From Haloquadratum walsbyi C23 (GTDB lineage Archaea > Halobacteriota > Halobacteria > Halobacteriales > Haloferacaceae), in assembly GCF_000237865.1 (NCBI RefSeq), contig NC_017459.1:2640001-2672000 (forward strand): a DNA stretch of 32,000 nucleotides, written 5' to 3'. Under the pieces are notes generated by a model that worked only from the letters and a program-made list of their open reading frames with translations, made no database searches and was not told where the DNA came from. The first letter of the stretch is position 1, and each line of letters starts with the position of its first letter. Below are positions 10,160-18,601 of the stretch, piece by piece. The translations under genes and the position numbers were made by a program.

Positions 10160-10714
10160 TAGCAACTACTCAGAGCGCTGTGTAGATGAAATATAATGTG
10201 ATTTTGATATAATAACTCACACCAAGCGTCAATCTAATTGACGCACTACGGATCGAGTGACTTGTGGAACATCTGCTGTACTCTTTACACTTAGGCGTTC
10301 AACTGACAGACCACGCAGACGGTAAGCGAGTCGGATGAAGTGAGATACGTCATCTCAATGCTAAGATATGGTTACGGAAGTACGAAAAAAAGCATCACGC
10401 GTTGACGCCGGGATGAATCTGACAACCTCCACATGAATTACATTCGACATGTCAAACTGATGTTTTAGATAACTTGAAGTCGTGGTTAATCATAATTGAG
10501 ACGGTCTACCAAGTCCTCTCAATCGGATAACATCGGGATTCACTCGTTTTAACCGAAAGGTATCTGATTCCGAATCGAAATAGGGTGCAGATAATAAGAA
10601 GTACCTCTGAACCGCTGGTCGGCATAGCCAGTAGTCGTCATCGAGGCGTGTATAAACCATACCCATCCTAATCCAGCGGTACAATACCGCGAGAATCCTT
10701 GCTCTTCAGGGCTA

Positions 10715-11698
10715 TCAGTCATCGACGACATCTGAGGCCGGTTCTGATGTCGTATCAGTATCACTCTCATGAGTGTCGATTGGATCATCCGGTTGAATTG
10801 CCTCGATATCTTTCGGTAGACCAAGTTGGTATTCAGATGAATCAGTGCCAGAGTGAAGTCCTGTACGACCACGGTGAACAGAGATAGTATTATTCAGATG
10901 CAATTCAATAGCCTCTAATAATGCATCAGCCTCAAGCGGCTGTCCCCGATTGCGGATTGTCTCTACATCGGCATCATCGGGCACATCAAATGCTCGTTGA
11001 GTAATAATTGGTCCCTGATCGAGATCAGTTGTGACATAATGCGCAGTCACCCCAGCAATGCGGACGCCCTCTTCTTTTGCCTGTCGGTAGGCAGCAGCCC
11101 CTGGAAATGATGGGAGAAGTGATGGGTGAACATTGATGATTCGGTCTTCATACCGAAACACAATTTTTGGACTAAGAATGCGCATATATCGCGCAAGAAC
11201 GGCAAGATCGATCTGATATTCATCGAGAACAGAAAGCATCTGATCTTCATCTGGAATTCCACTATCATCACCGATATCGACAAATGGGATTTCATACTGC
11301 GTCACAAGCGGTTCGAGATTACCATGATTTCCAATAACGACTGAAAGCTCAGCGTCAAGCTCACCTGTCGCATGGGCTTCTAATAGTGCCTGGAGACAAT
11401 GACTTTCCTTCGTGACAAAAACAGCAATTCGCTTGGTTTCACGATCCGTTGGAAATCGGATTTGGATATCAACTTCAAGATCATCACCGAGTTCGGTCAG
11501 TGTCTCCCGAAGCGTTGATTCAGTACAAACCATCTCATCTATATCCGCACGAAGTGTCATACGAAACATCCCTTCGCGAATAGCCTGGTCGATATCAACG
11601 ATATTAATCCCACGCTCGAAGAGTAATGTCGTAATATTTGCAACAATTCCAGTCTTATCATCACCAACAACGGTGATCTCTGTCAATTCACCTGTCAC
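10715..11698 (-). CDS. purU: formyltetrahydrofolate deformylase with acidic C-terminal tail
   Basis: The N-terminal ACT domain reads ITVVGDDKTGIVANITTLLFERGINI. The formyltransferase core reads INVHPSLLPSFPG and AHYVTTDLDQGPII. Confidence 0.85.
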   Translation of the reverse strand: MTGELTEITVVGDDKTGIVANITTLLFERGINIVDIDQAIREGMFRMTLRADIDEMVCTESTLRETLTELGDDLEVDIQIRFPTDRETKRIAVFVTKESHCLQALLEAHATGELDAELSVVIGNHGNLEPLVTQYEIPFVDIGDDSGIPDEDQMLSVLDEYQIDLAVLARYMRILSPKIVFRYEDRIINVHPSLLPSFPGAAAYRQAKEEGVRIAGVTAHYVTTDLDQGPIITQRAFDVPDDADVETIRNRGQPLEADALLEAIELHLNNTISVHRGRTGLHSGTDSSEYQLGLPKDIEAIQPDDPIDTHESDTDTTSEPASDVVDD

Positions 11699-11939
11699 CG
11701 TCTACACCTCTACGTATTGAAACAACACAGATTTGTATGTGAGCCTGCGGTCGCAGTTCCATCAATATATGTATATTCGTCCCCGGGAAAAAACGTGTCT
11801 GTCTGGCAGTTCGAGTCGATTAATGAAACCTCAAAAGTGAAATACCCGTGGAGGATTTCATTATTAACTGAGGCGTAGCGCTCCTGCGTTGTCACATCTG
11901 AATGTACATAGATCTGTATATACATCGAGTTCAAAACGA

Positions 11940-11949
11940 TTTTTATCTA
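11940..11949 (+). promoter_or_regulatory. putative TATA box for a leaderless purS-purQ transcript
   Basis: TTTTTATCTA is centred about 25 nt upstream of the purS ATG. This spacing is typical for leaderless haloarchaeal mRNAs. The evidence is sequence only. Confidence 0.3.
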
Positions 11950-11969
11950 TGCTCATCCAATGATTATCA

Positions 11970-12245
11970 ATGAAGATGTACACAGCAACAGTCACGGTAC
12001 GGCTCAAATCTGGTGTCCTTGATCCAGAAGCCGAAACAACACGGCGTGCTCTTGAGCGACTTGGATTCGAGGTTGAAGCACTCCGCTCTGCAGATCGATT
12101 TGAGGTTGATATTGAGGCTGACTCCGCAGAGAAAGCCGCAACACGAGCAGACGAGATGGCGGAACGTCTCCTGGCAAATCCAACAATTCACGACTATGAA
12201 GTCACCGTTGAGCAACACACTGTCCCATCGGGATCACAGCAATGA
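11970..12245 (+). CDS. purS: phosphoribosylformylglycinamidine synthase subunit PurS
   Basis: The ORF is about 90 aa with a PurS-like sequence (VTVRLKSGVLDPEAETTRRALERLGF...LLANPTIHDYEV). It overlaps purQ by ATGA. Confidence 0.9.
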   Translation: MKMYTATVTVRLKSGVLDPEAETTRRALERLGFEVEALRSADRFEVDIEADSAEKAATRADEMAERLLANPTIHDYEVTVEQHTVPSGSQQ

Positions 12246-12928
12246 CCGTTGTTGTCGTACAGTTTGGTGGGTCAAACTGCGATCGTGATGCGGTCCACGC
12301 TCTTCAGCATATTGGTATTGATGCTACGCGTGTTTGGCACGAGGACGGACTGAATGACTCTGTTGAGAATCTTGATGGAATTATTCTTCCTGGTGGGTTT
12401 TCATACGGTGATTATCTTCGTGCAGGCGCAATGGCAGCTCATTCCCCAATTGTTAACGATATCCAAGCAGCCGCCGAACGTGGGATTCCTGTTCTTGGTG
12501 TCTGCAATGGCGCACAAGTTGGATGTGAGTCTGGGCTTACCCCTGGGGCGTTTACCACAAATGACCGTGCCCGGTTCCAGTGTGAGACAGTGCATCTTCG
12601 TGTTGAAAACGCTACTACTCCGTGGACAGAGGCATATGAAACGGGCACTGTCATTGAAATCCCAATCGCACACGGCGAGGGTCGATTTGAGATTACAGAA
12701 AGTGAATATGAAATGCTCAAAAATGACAATCAAATCCTCTTTCGATACTGTGATTCGAGTGGTAATATCACCGATGATGCAAATCCAAATGGCTCTCGCG
12801 GTAATGTTGCTGGTATTACTGGAAATTATGATACCGTCGCTGTATTAATGCCACATCCTGAACGCGCCACACTTCCTGAGTTAGGACGGAGCACCGACGG
12901 AAAAGGGATCCTACAGGCGTTTGGCTGA
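12242..12928 (+). CDS. purQ: phosphoribosylformylglycinamidine synthase glutaminase subunit PurQ
   Basis: It is a class I amidotransferase with nucleophile Cys in GVCNGAQ and a C-terminal MPHPER. The start overlaps the purS stop. Confidence 0.9.
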   Translation: MTVVVVQFGGSNCDRDAVHALQHIGIDATRVWHEDGLNDSVENLDGIILPGGFSYGDYLRAGAMAAHSPIVNDIQAAAERGIPVLGVCNGAQVGCESGLTPGAFTTNDRARFQCETVHLRVENATTPWTEAYETGTVIEIPIAHGEGRFEITESEYEMLKNDNQILFRYCDSSGNITDDANPNGSRGNVAGITGNYDTVAVLMPHPERATLPELGRSTDGKGILQAFG

Positions 12929-13040
12929 GCTAGATTGGAGAGAATCTTATCAATATTCCGGGATATAAACGACTGATTAGCGTACCCTTGGTGATTAGAG
13001 CATTCAATCGATGCGCTCAAGATATTTTGAATTCATATTG

Positions 13041-14129
13041 CTATCGCGTTAGCGGTTGGGCATAACTTGACTCTGCTTCTAATACGTATGACCATTTAAT
13101 TTGACAATCACACTCGACTTGTTTGAATACGCTTGGATCCTGTCGGCGGTTATAATCTTTAATCGCAGTTTGGACACGCTCATCACACTCGCCACAGTTA
13201 TGAGGACCGTCGTCAAAATCGTGCCCGTTCCCAACGGGATCAAAAACGACGATTGCATCAACATCAGACGTTAACTCAAGTACCTTACTGACAGATCATA
13301 GCCACGGTGGTCGGTACCCATCTTCAGAAAATAACGTATCAACCACTGTATATCGCTGGACGTCGGCTGAATTCATCGACACAGTGTGACAACCGTTGAT
13401 GTTTGCACATTGTCGGACCGATTCAACCATGTCATCAACAGCCTCAGATTCCGTGAGGAACGGTGGTTTCAGTAGTGGACACCCCTTGACGCCAACACCC
13501 ACATCCGAGGGAGTCATATCATTAGCATGGCACACCTCAGCGCAGGCATCCTGAAAATCGGTGAAATCAAACTACTCATTTATACGGTCATGCCTGATGC
13601 GGTCAGTCGTTGTCTCAACCCTAATCGCAACATCTGTTGCGAGACCAAGTTCAGTGAATGTCCTGAGCTTTTCTCGATTCACAAAGTCAGGAGATGATTC
13701 AATGACAATCCGATCCCGGTCAGCAAACGTCTCAGTGATTGCGACTCGAAACTTCATGGATACCTCATGCTCATCAAGGAATGATCCCGATGTGTATATT
13801 TTCACTAAGTCAGCAGGCTCATCAATAGCTGCTGTTTCATGCTCAAGACAGAGGTCAATCTGGTTCATTATGACATCATGATTAACACTCCCGTCATCAA
13901 CGGATTCAGCAACATACCCGCGCAGTGTGCACCCACCAGTGTTGAGAATGATATTAAGTGAACTGACAACACCATCGGGTGTGTTATTTTCATCAATCCA
14001 CACTCGTGTCGGCTTATGTGGCTCATGTTGTGTGTGTTTTTCATTACAGATTTCTTGTATTAGTTGATTATACGCATCCCTTCCACGACCCTGTTTGTAC
14101 ACTTCTGGGTTCGGGCAATGGTGACTCAT
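13041..14129 (-). pseudogene. decayed TIGR01210-family radical-SAM gene (archaeosine-pathway RaSEA-like)
   Basis: A single reading frame is interrupted by TAG (13572-13574) and TGA (13296-13298). Family-like motifs remain: VKIYTSGSFLDEHEV, LLKPPFLTESEA, YRPPWL*SV and DPVGNGHDFDDGPHNCGECDERV. The expected Cys-rich cluster site reads NTGGCTLRGY and has a single Cys. The family call is from memory. Confidence 0.6.
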
Positions 14130-14495
14130 TATGATACATATCAGATGATTCGATATATCAGCATTGCCTACAAATGTTGATCACCAATATACCCTATCCG
14201 CCCGCGTTGTCCGTCCATTGAGGGTATGAATGAGAGATTTAGATCATCGGGTGTTCTGATGTCGTGGATAGAAAGCACGTCGTCGAAACAGGAAGTATCG
14301 GGTCTTTGATACTCCGTGAAACATTTTGAATCATCGGTTTTACACAACAGTATCAGCAGCTACTCTATGACAAGATTTTGGATTGAATTCCTCAATAATT
14401 TTTCAGGAACACTATAACCCAAGGCGATTCACAAACCCGACTCTCATGTGGGTGTGTGACGAACTGTTCATGAGTATGCGATGTAAATATATGAT

Positions 14496-15713
14496 GTGCC
14501 CACACGACGGACAGTCATAGCAGCCCTCACTACTGTCGGGACAGCAGCTCTCAGTGGATGTGGTAGCTTTGATAATACAGCAGATAATAACTCTGATGAG
14601 TTAACAAGCGAAGAATCAACTGAGGCGGCTGTGGTGCCTGAGACAGCAACAACTGACGGAGTTAAATCAACACAGGTGTATCGGGCTCAGGATCCAGCCG
14701 CAAACGTTGATTCACCAGTTAATATCTTTGTTCGCGCCGCCGGGTCAACGCTCCGCTACGTGACGGTCGTTATTACTCAGCAAAATTCACGCACGAATAA
14801 GCGCACTGTCACATCGAAGAATACGATGGATGAATCAACGATAGCACAGACGGAGGTGCTTGCTGAAAGCGTGACAGTCGCTCCAAGTGGGCGTGCGCGT
14901 AAACGTCAAATTCCTACCAGTATTGCTCGCTCAGGAGTATACACTGTGCGTGTCTCGACAGCTGATGGACAACAAAAACGTGGGTTGCTTCATGTTGATG
15001 CTGTTCATGACGATCTCACAGTGACAGTCGGACCGTCAATTCGAATTCGACAACCTGTCTATTGTACACCAGATTGTGGGTATATTGGACGTGGAGGGAG
15101 CACAGCGCCACTCGGAGATGTGCAGTGGCCACAAGCAGGCGCATTAACAGGATATTCACTCAAAATTGCCAATGTAACATCAACGTCTCGTCAAGTCATT
15201 GTGATGGTTGATGCCGACAACCGTCGTGTGCTTGAATACGATTACCACCCTCCCCCAGGCACAGTGCTCCAGTTCCCAACAATCCCACCACTTCGACAAA
15301 TTCGAATTACAATCAAATCAGAAAGCGATCGTTGGGAATCTGTATTCGACGGGACACGACCCACAACAGTTCCGCTTATGATTTCTACAGAGGGGATTGA
15401 TCTCGATGGATGGTCAGATGCAACAGCTGACCTACGGATGCGCAATGAGCGCTCCCAACGTCAAGTCACTGTCCGTGCACATCAAGATGGCCGTGTCGTC
15501 GCTACGGCGAGTGCACGACTTGACCAGGGTTCAACAAAGCGTGTCTCAGACTTCCTACGTGGTCCCGGTGCGTATCGAGTGTCAATGACTGCTGGATCCA
15601 CAACATCAGATAGCGCCCGCTTACTTGAACAACAGCGGACAGTGCTTCTTACTGAATCGAGTACACTCCTTATCCGTGCTCGCGATGGTGTCGATGGGTT
15701 TTTAGTCGGTTGA
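14496..15713 (+). CDS. Tat-type lipoprotein with about three repeated beta-rich domains, function unknown
   Basis: It starts at GTG. The signal is a twin-arginine signal plus lipobox (MPTRRTVIAALTTVGTAALSGC). There are three segments with similar patterns: RYVTVVITQQ..., YSLKIANVTSTSRQVIVMV... and LRMRNERSQRQVTVRAH... Confidence 0.6.
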   Translation: MPTRRTVIAALTTVGTAALSGCGSFDNTADNNSDELTSEESTEAAVVPETATTDGVKSTQVYRAQDPAANVDSPVNIFVRAAGSTLRYVTVVITQQNSRTNKRTVTSKNTMDESTIAQTEVLAESVTVAPSGRARKRQIPTSIARSGVYTVRVSTADGQQKRGLLHVDAVHDDLTVTVGPSIRIRQPVYCTPDCGYIGRGGSTAPLGDVQWPQAGALTGYSLKIANVTSTSRQVIVMVDADNRRVLEYDYHPPPGTVLQFPTIPPLRQIRITIKSESDRWESVFDGTRPTTVPLMISTEGIDLDGWSDATADLRMRNERSQRQVTVRAHQDGRVVATASARLDQGSTKRVSDFLRGPGAYRVSMTAGSTTSDSARLLEQQRTVLLTESSTLLIRARDGVDGFLVG

Positions 15714-15724
15714 GTAGGTCTTTT

Positions 15725-15900
15725 TCATCTTCTAAGATAATTTATCAGAAGACAAGGCGAATACCCCGAGGCTTGACTCGGGGTGAGGTCAATATATGAT
15801 GAATCTACCTGATTAGTGAATAAATAATCTTAAGATACTCGTGAACTACCCCGCCCTACTCAGCAACGCTTCGCGTTGCTTCCGTGAGGGCGGGGCTTCC
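15725..15900 (-). ncRNA. candidate omega-RNA (reRNA) scaffold / right-end structured region of the IS
   Basis: A compound hairpin CCCCGCCCT...GCAACGC-TTC-GCGTTGC...AGGGCGGGG (15849-15895) spans the tnpB stop, and a second hairpin lies at 15764-15783. In TnpB systems the guide RNA overlaps the tnpB 3' end and the right end. There is no expression evidence here. Confidence 0.3.
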
Positions 15901-17217
15901 TGCTTCTACGACGCGACTTGCATCCACGACGATAGACAATGAGTCGCCACCGTCAGTAGACACAGTGGTCGCAGCCTCCACAGGCGTTAACGAGAACGAA
16001 GCTCTCATTCGCACATCAGAATCGCCGTGCGGCTCTGAGGACGTTGCTTCGGAGTGAACCACTCCTAGTTTGGCGAGTCCTCTGTTGAGGACGTCGAGAG
16101 CCGCGTTCCAATCTCTATCAACTTCGAACCCACATGTCGGACACGAATGCTCGCGCACCCACAGCGGCTTGTGCGTTTCAACGCCACACAACGCGCATTC
16201 CCTGCTCGTCCCACGCGGGTCAACCTGCACGACGTGACATCCGTTCTTCTCACCGTGATGGTCGAGAATCGTGATGAAGTCGCGCCAGCCAACCTCGGTC
16301 TTGTTCCGCGCGTTCTCCGAGGATTCGAGCATCCCTTTCATGATGAGGTTTTCGACGAACACGGCGTCATACTCCGTGGTGTAGAAGTGCGCGAGTTTGT
16401 ACTTGATACTTGAAGTCGTGTTTCTTGTTCGACATCTGCGCGTGAACATTCGCTACACATCGTCGTTGGTTCTCCCAGTTGTTCGAGTAATATTCCTTCC
16501 GCGAGAGCGAGCGTTGCTCGCGGTCGAGTCGTTCTCGCTCGTCGGACAAGTCAACTCTCCCGACGGAACGCCTATCCGAGTCGTGGATGAAGCTGAGGAC
16601 GCCGATGTCAAGTCCTACTGTCTCATCTGAGTCGATATCTTCGACGGCGGGTTTATTCGGCGTCTCCGTCTCGATGCAGAAGCCGGCGTATCACGCGCCA
16701 GTGGAGTCCTTTTTGAGTGTGACTTCTTTGATTGACTCATGATCTGGAAGGTCTCGATGTAAGCGAATCGGGATTTGGCGGGTTTTGCTTTTGAGTTTCT
16801 TGAGGATGAGAACGCCTCGACGTTTGTGTCACTCTTTTTATCGAGTTCGAAGCCCGACTGTCGATACGTGAGATTCCTGAAATCTTGTGGACGCTTTCAG
16901 TTCACCGACACAACGTCGTAGTCTTTGGCTTTGAGTTTCCCGAGGTTTTGAATGTTGTCTCGGATTCGCTCGACCGCCTTCTGCAAGACCGTCGAGTAGA
17001 CTTGTTTGAGGTCGGGTCACCAGTCTTTGAGCGCAGGGAGCATGTCTCGAATCATTACCATCCAGACGCGCTGGCGAAGCGTACCTGTGTCCTAGGGTAT
17101 TTGTTCAAATTCGGTGAGCGCGTGGTTGTATAGTTGTCGCACGGTGTTCCGTTGCCAGTCCATCACTCCGCGTTGCTCCGTCGTCGGGAACAACCGGAAG
17201 CGTGGGCTGTAGTTCAT
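15856..17217 (-). pseudogene. tnpB: tnpB (IS1341-type RNA-guided endonuclease / OrfB) pseudogene
   Basis: The sequence is TnpB-like from MNYSPRFRLFPTTEQ... to ...CALCGVETHKPLWVREHSCPTCGFEVDRDWNAALDVL...EAGSPALTE. It is interrupted by:
- TAG at 17092-17094
- TGA at 17017-17019, 16897-16899 and 16691-16693
- a frameshift near the T5 run at 16835-16839
- a 7-bp tandem duplication TACTTGA x2 at 16400-16413. Confidence 0.85.
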
Positions 17218-17407
17218 ATGGTGTATCTAACTGTAGAAATTGGCGTATGTTAAGCATACGAACCGGCATAGTTGTGCCTCGTGTGGGCGCTGTATACCCT
17301 CCGTACTCGCTCCCTTCGGTTGCTGCTTGAGGAAGGGGGCTTAGCGCCCTCTCTTTTGGCTAAATATGATTTCTGAGTGAGGCAATGACTCATCAAATGA
17401 CAATAAC

Positions 17408-18403
17408 TCAGTCTGTTTGTGCTGCTTGCCAGTCCAGGTATGCAAGAACACCACGAACATTCAATCGCGCTTCAGCTCGTGCTTTTTCTGCACCCCACAC
17501 ATCGATAAGCTCGGCATTATCGCTGAAGTATTGAATTACATCTTCATCTGAATTGGCTTCGCCTCGTTTCTGTCGGACAGCTTCAACCCACTCGACAAGC
17601 GCACGTTTGTATGAAGACAATAATTCATCATCATATACCCGCGGACCAAAGTGTCCAAAACATAATGTCTCAGGTGCCATCGAATCGATCGCACGTACAT
17701 CATCAAGACATGTCTCAAGATTGAACTGTGATGGTGGTGAGGTCTGCTGGACACGATCCTGCATAGGAATATAAATTCCGGCAGCATCACCGGTAAATAG
17801 TGTGTCTTCGGTTGTATCATAGAACATCATTTGATGGAGTGCGTGCCCCGGTGCAGCGACTGCTGTGAGTGATCGATCTCCGAGATGAACCGTATCTCCG
17901 TCGGTAAGCGCATTAATTCGAGACGCAGGAGCAGGATTAGGCTCAACGTAGTACTGCCATTGTTCACCGACGGCTGCTCTTGTTCCTTCAATGAGCTGTG
18001 TTGGGTCTGAAAGGTGCGGTGCAGCACGCTCATGAGTGTGAACTGTTGCATTTGGGCAATCAGCAAGTAAAAATCCTGCTCCCCCCGCGTGATCAAGATG
18101 GGCATGTGTCACAAATAAATGCGCAAGCGAGTTGGTGTCAATATCAACACGACCAAGCGCATCAATAATGCGTTCATAATTTGTTCCAATACCTGTATCG
18201 ACAATCGCGGGCTGGTCTGCATCGATAATATATACTGACCCATATCCTGGCGTCTCATACATCCCAGTATCCATATAGTAAATGTCATCAGCAGTGTCTA
18301 CCGTGGCAATATCACCGATATCCATAATTGTATGCCAACTCGTATTAGCAAAAATGTACAGGTTGTGAGCTACCGAAGGTAATAAATATACCTTTTCACT
18401 CAT
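17408..18403 (-). CDS. MBL-fold metallo-hydrolase
   Basis: It has the HAHLDHAGG (HxHxDH) motif plus downstream His/Asp ligands. An alternative start is the ATG at 18325 (MDIGDIATV...). Confidence 0.8.
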   Translation of the reverse strand: MSEKVYLLPSVAHNLYIFANTSWHTIMDIGDIATVDTADDIYYMDTGMYETPGYGSVYIIDADQPAIVDTGIGTNYERIIDALGRVDIDTNSLAHLFVTHAHLDHAGGAGFLLADCPNATVHTHERAAPHLSDPTQLIEGTRAAVGEQWQYYVEPNPAPASRINALTDGDTVHLGDRSLTAVAAPGHALHQMMFYDTTEDTLFTGDAAGIYIPMQDRVQQTSPPSQFNLETCLDDVRAIDSMAPETLCFGHFGPRVYDDELLSSYKRALVEWVEAVRQKRGEANSDEDVIQYFSDNAELIDVWGAEKARAEARLNVRGVLAYLDWQAAQTD

Positions 18404-18601
18404 ACCCTCGCTAGTCTCAACTAGTCTGAGGCACGTACAATTACTCGATAATATGCAAAATAGGGTCCGTTATATTCGAACCGGAGATGTTTCACCGATA
18501 CATCAAGTATATGATTACATCTGCTTCACTCTTGAGATTACCCATCGTCGATTAGCTCCCGATGCGACACGGTTTTGCCGTATCCACAAGAATCGCCAGC
18601 T

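Larger units (their letters stand above)
15725..17355 (-). mobile_element. IS1341-type (IS200/IS605 family) element carrying only an inactivated tnpB; boundaries are approximate (+/- 30 nt)
   Basis: The body is GC-rich (mid to high 50s % by eye) in a host background of about 47%. The tnpB-homologous sequence is flanked by structured ends: hairpin CCCCGAG-GCTTGA-CTCGGGG at 15764-15783, and a left-end block GCCCCCTTCCTCAAG (reverse complement of 17326-17340). That left-end block is shared with the element at 22081. Confidence 0.75.

Noticed and set aside
13296-13574. In-frame TGA and TAG codons here and in tnpB (16691-17094) could be read as selenocysteine, pyrrolysine or Trp recoding.
   Set aside because: TGA and TAG act as ordinary stops for neighbouring intact genes (P450 ends in TGA at 2012-2014, the ferredoxin in TAG at 423-425). 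The affected genes also carry frameshifts, a duplication or lost cluster ligands. Plain pseudogenisation explains everything.
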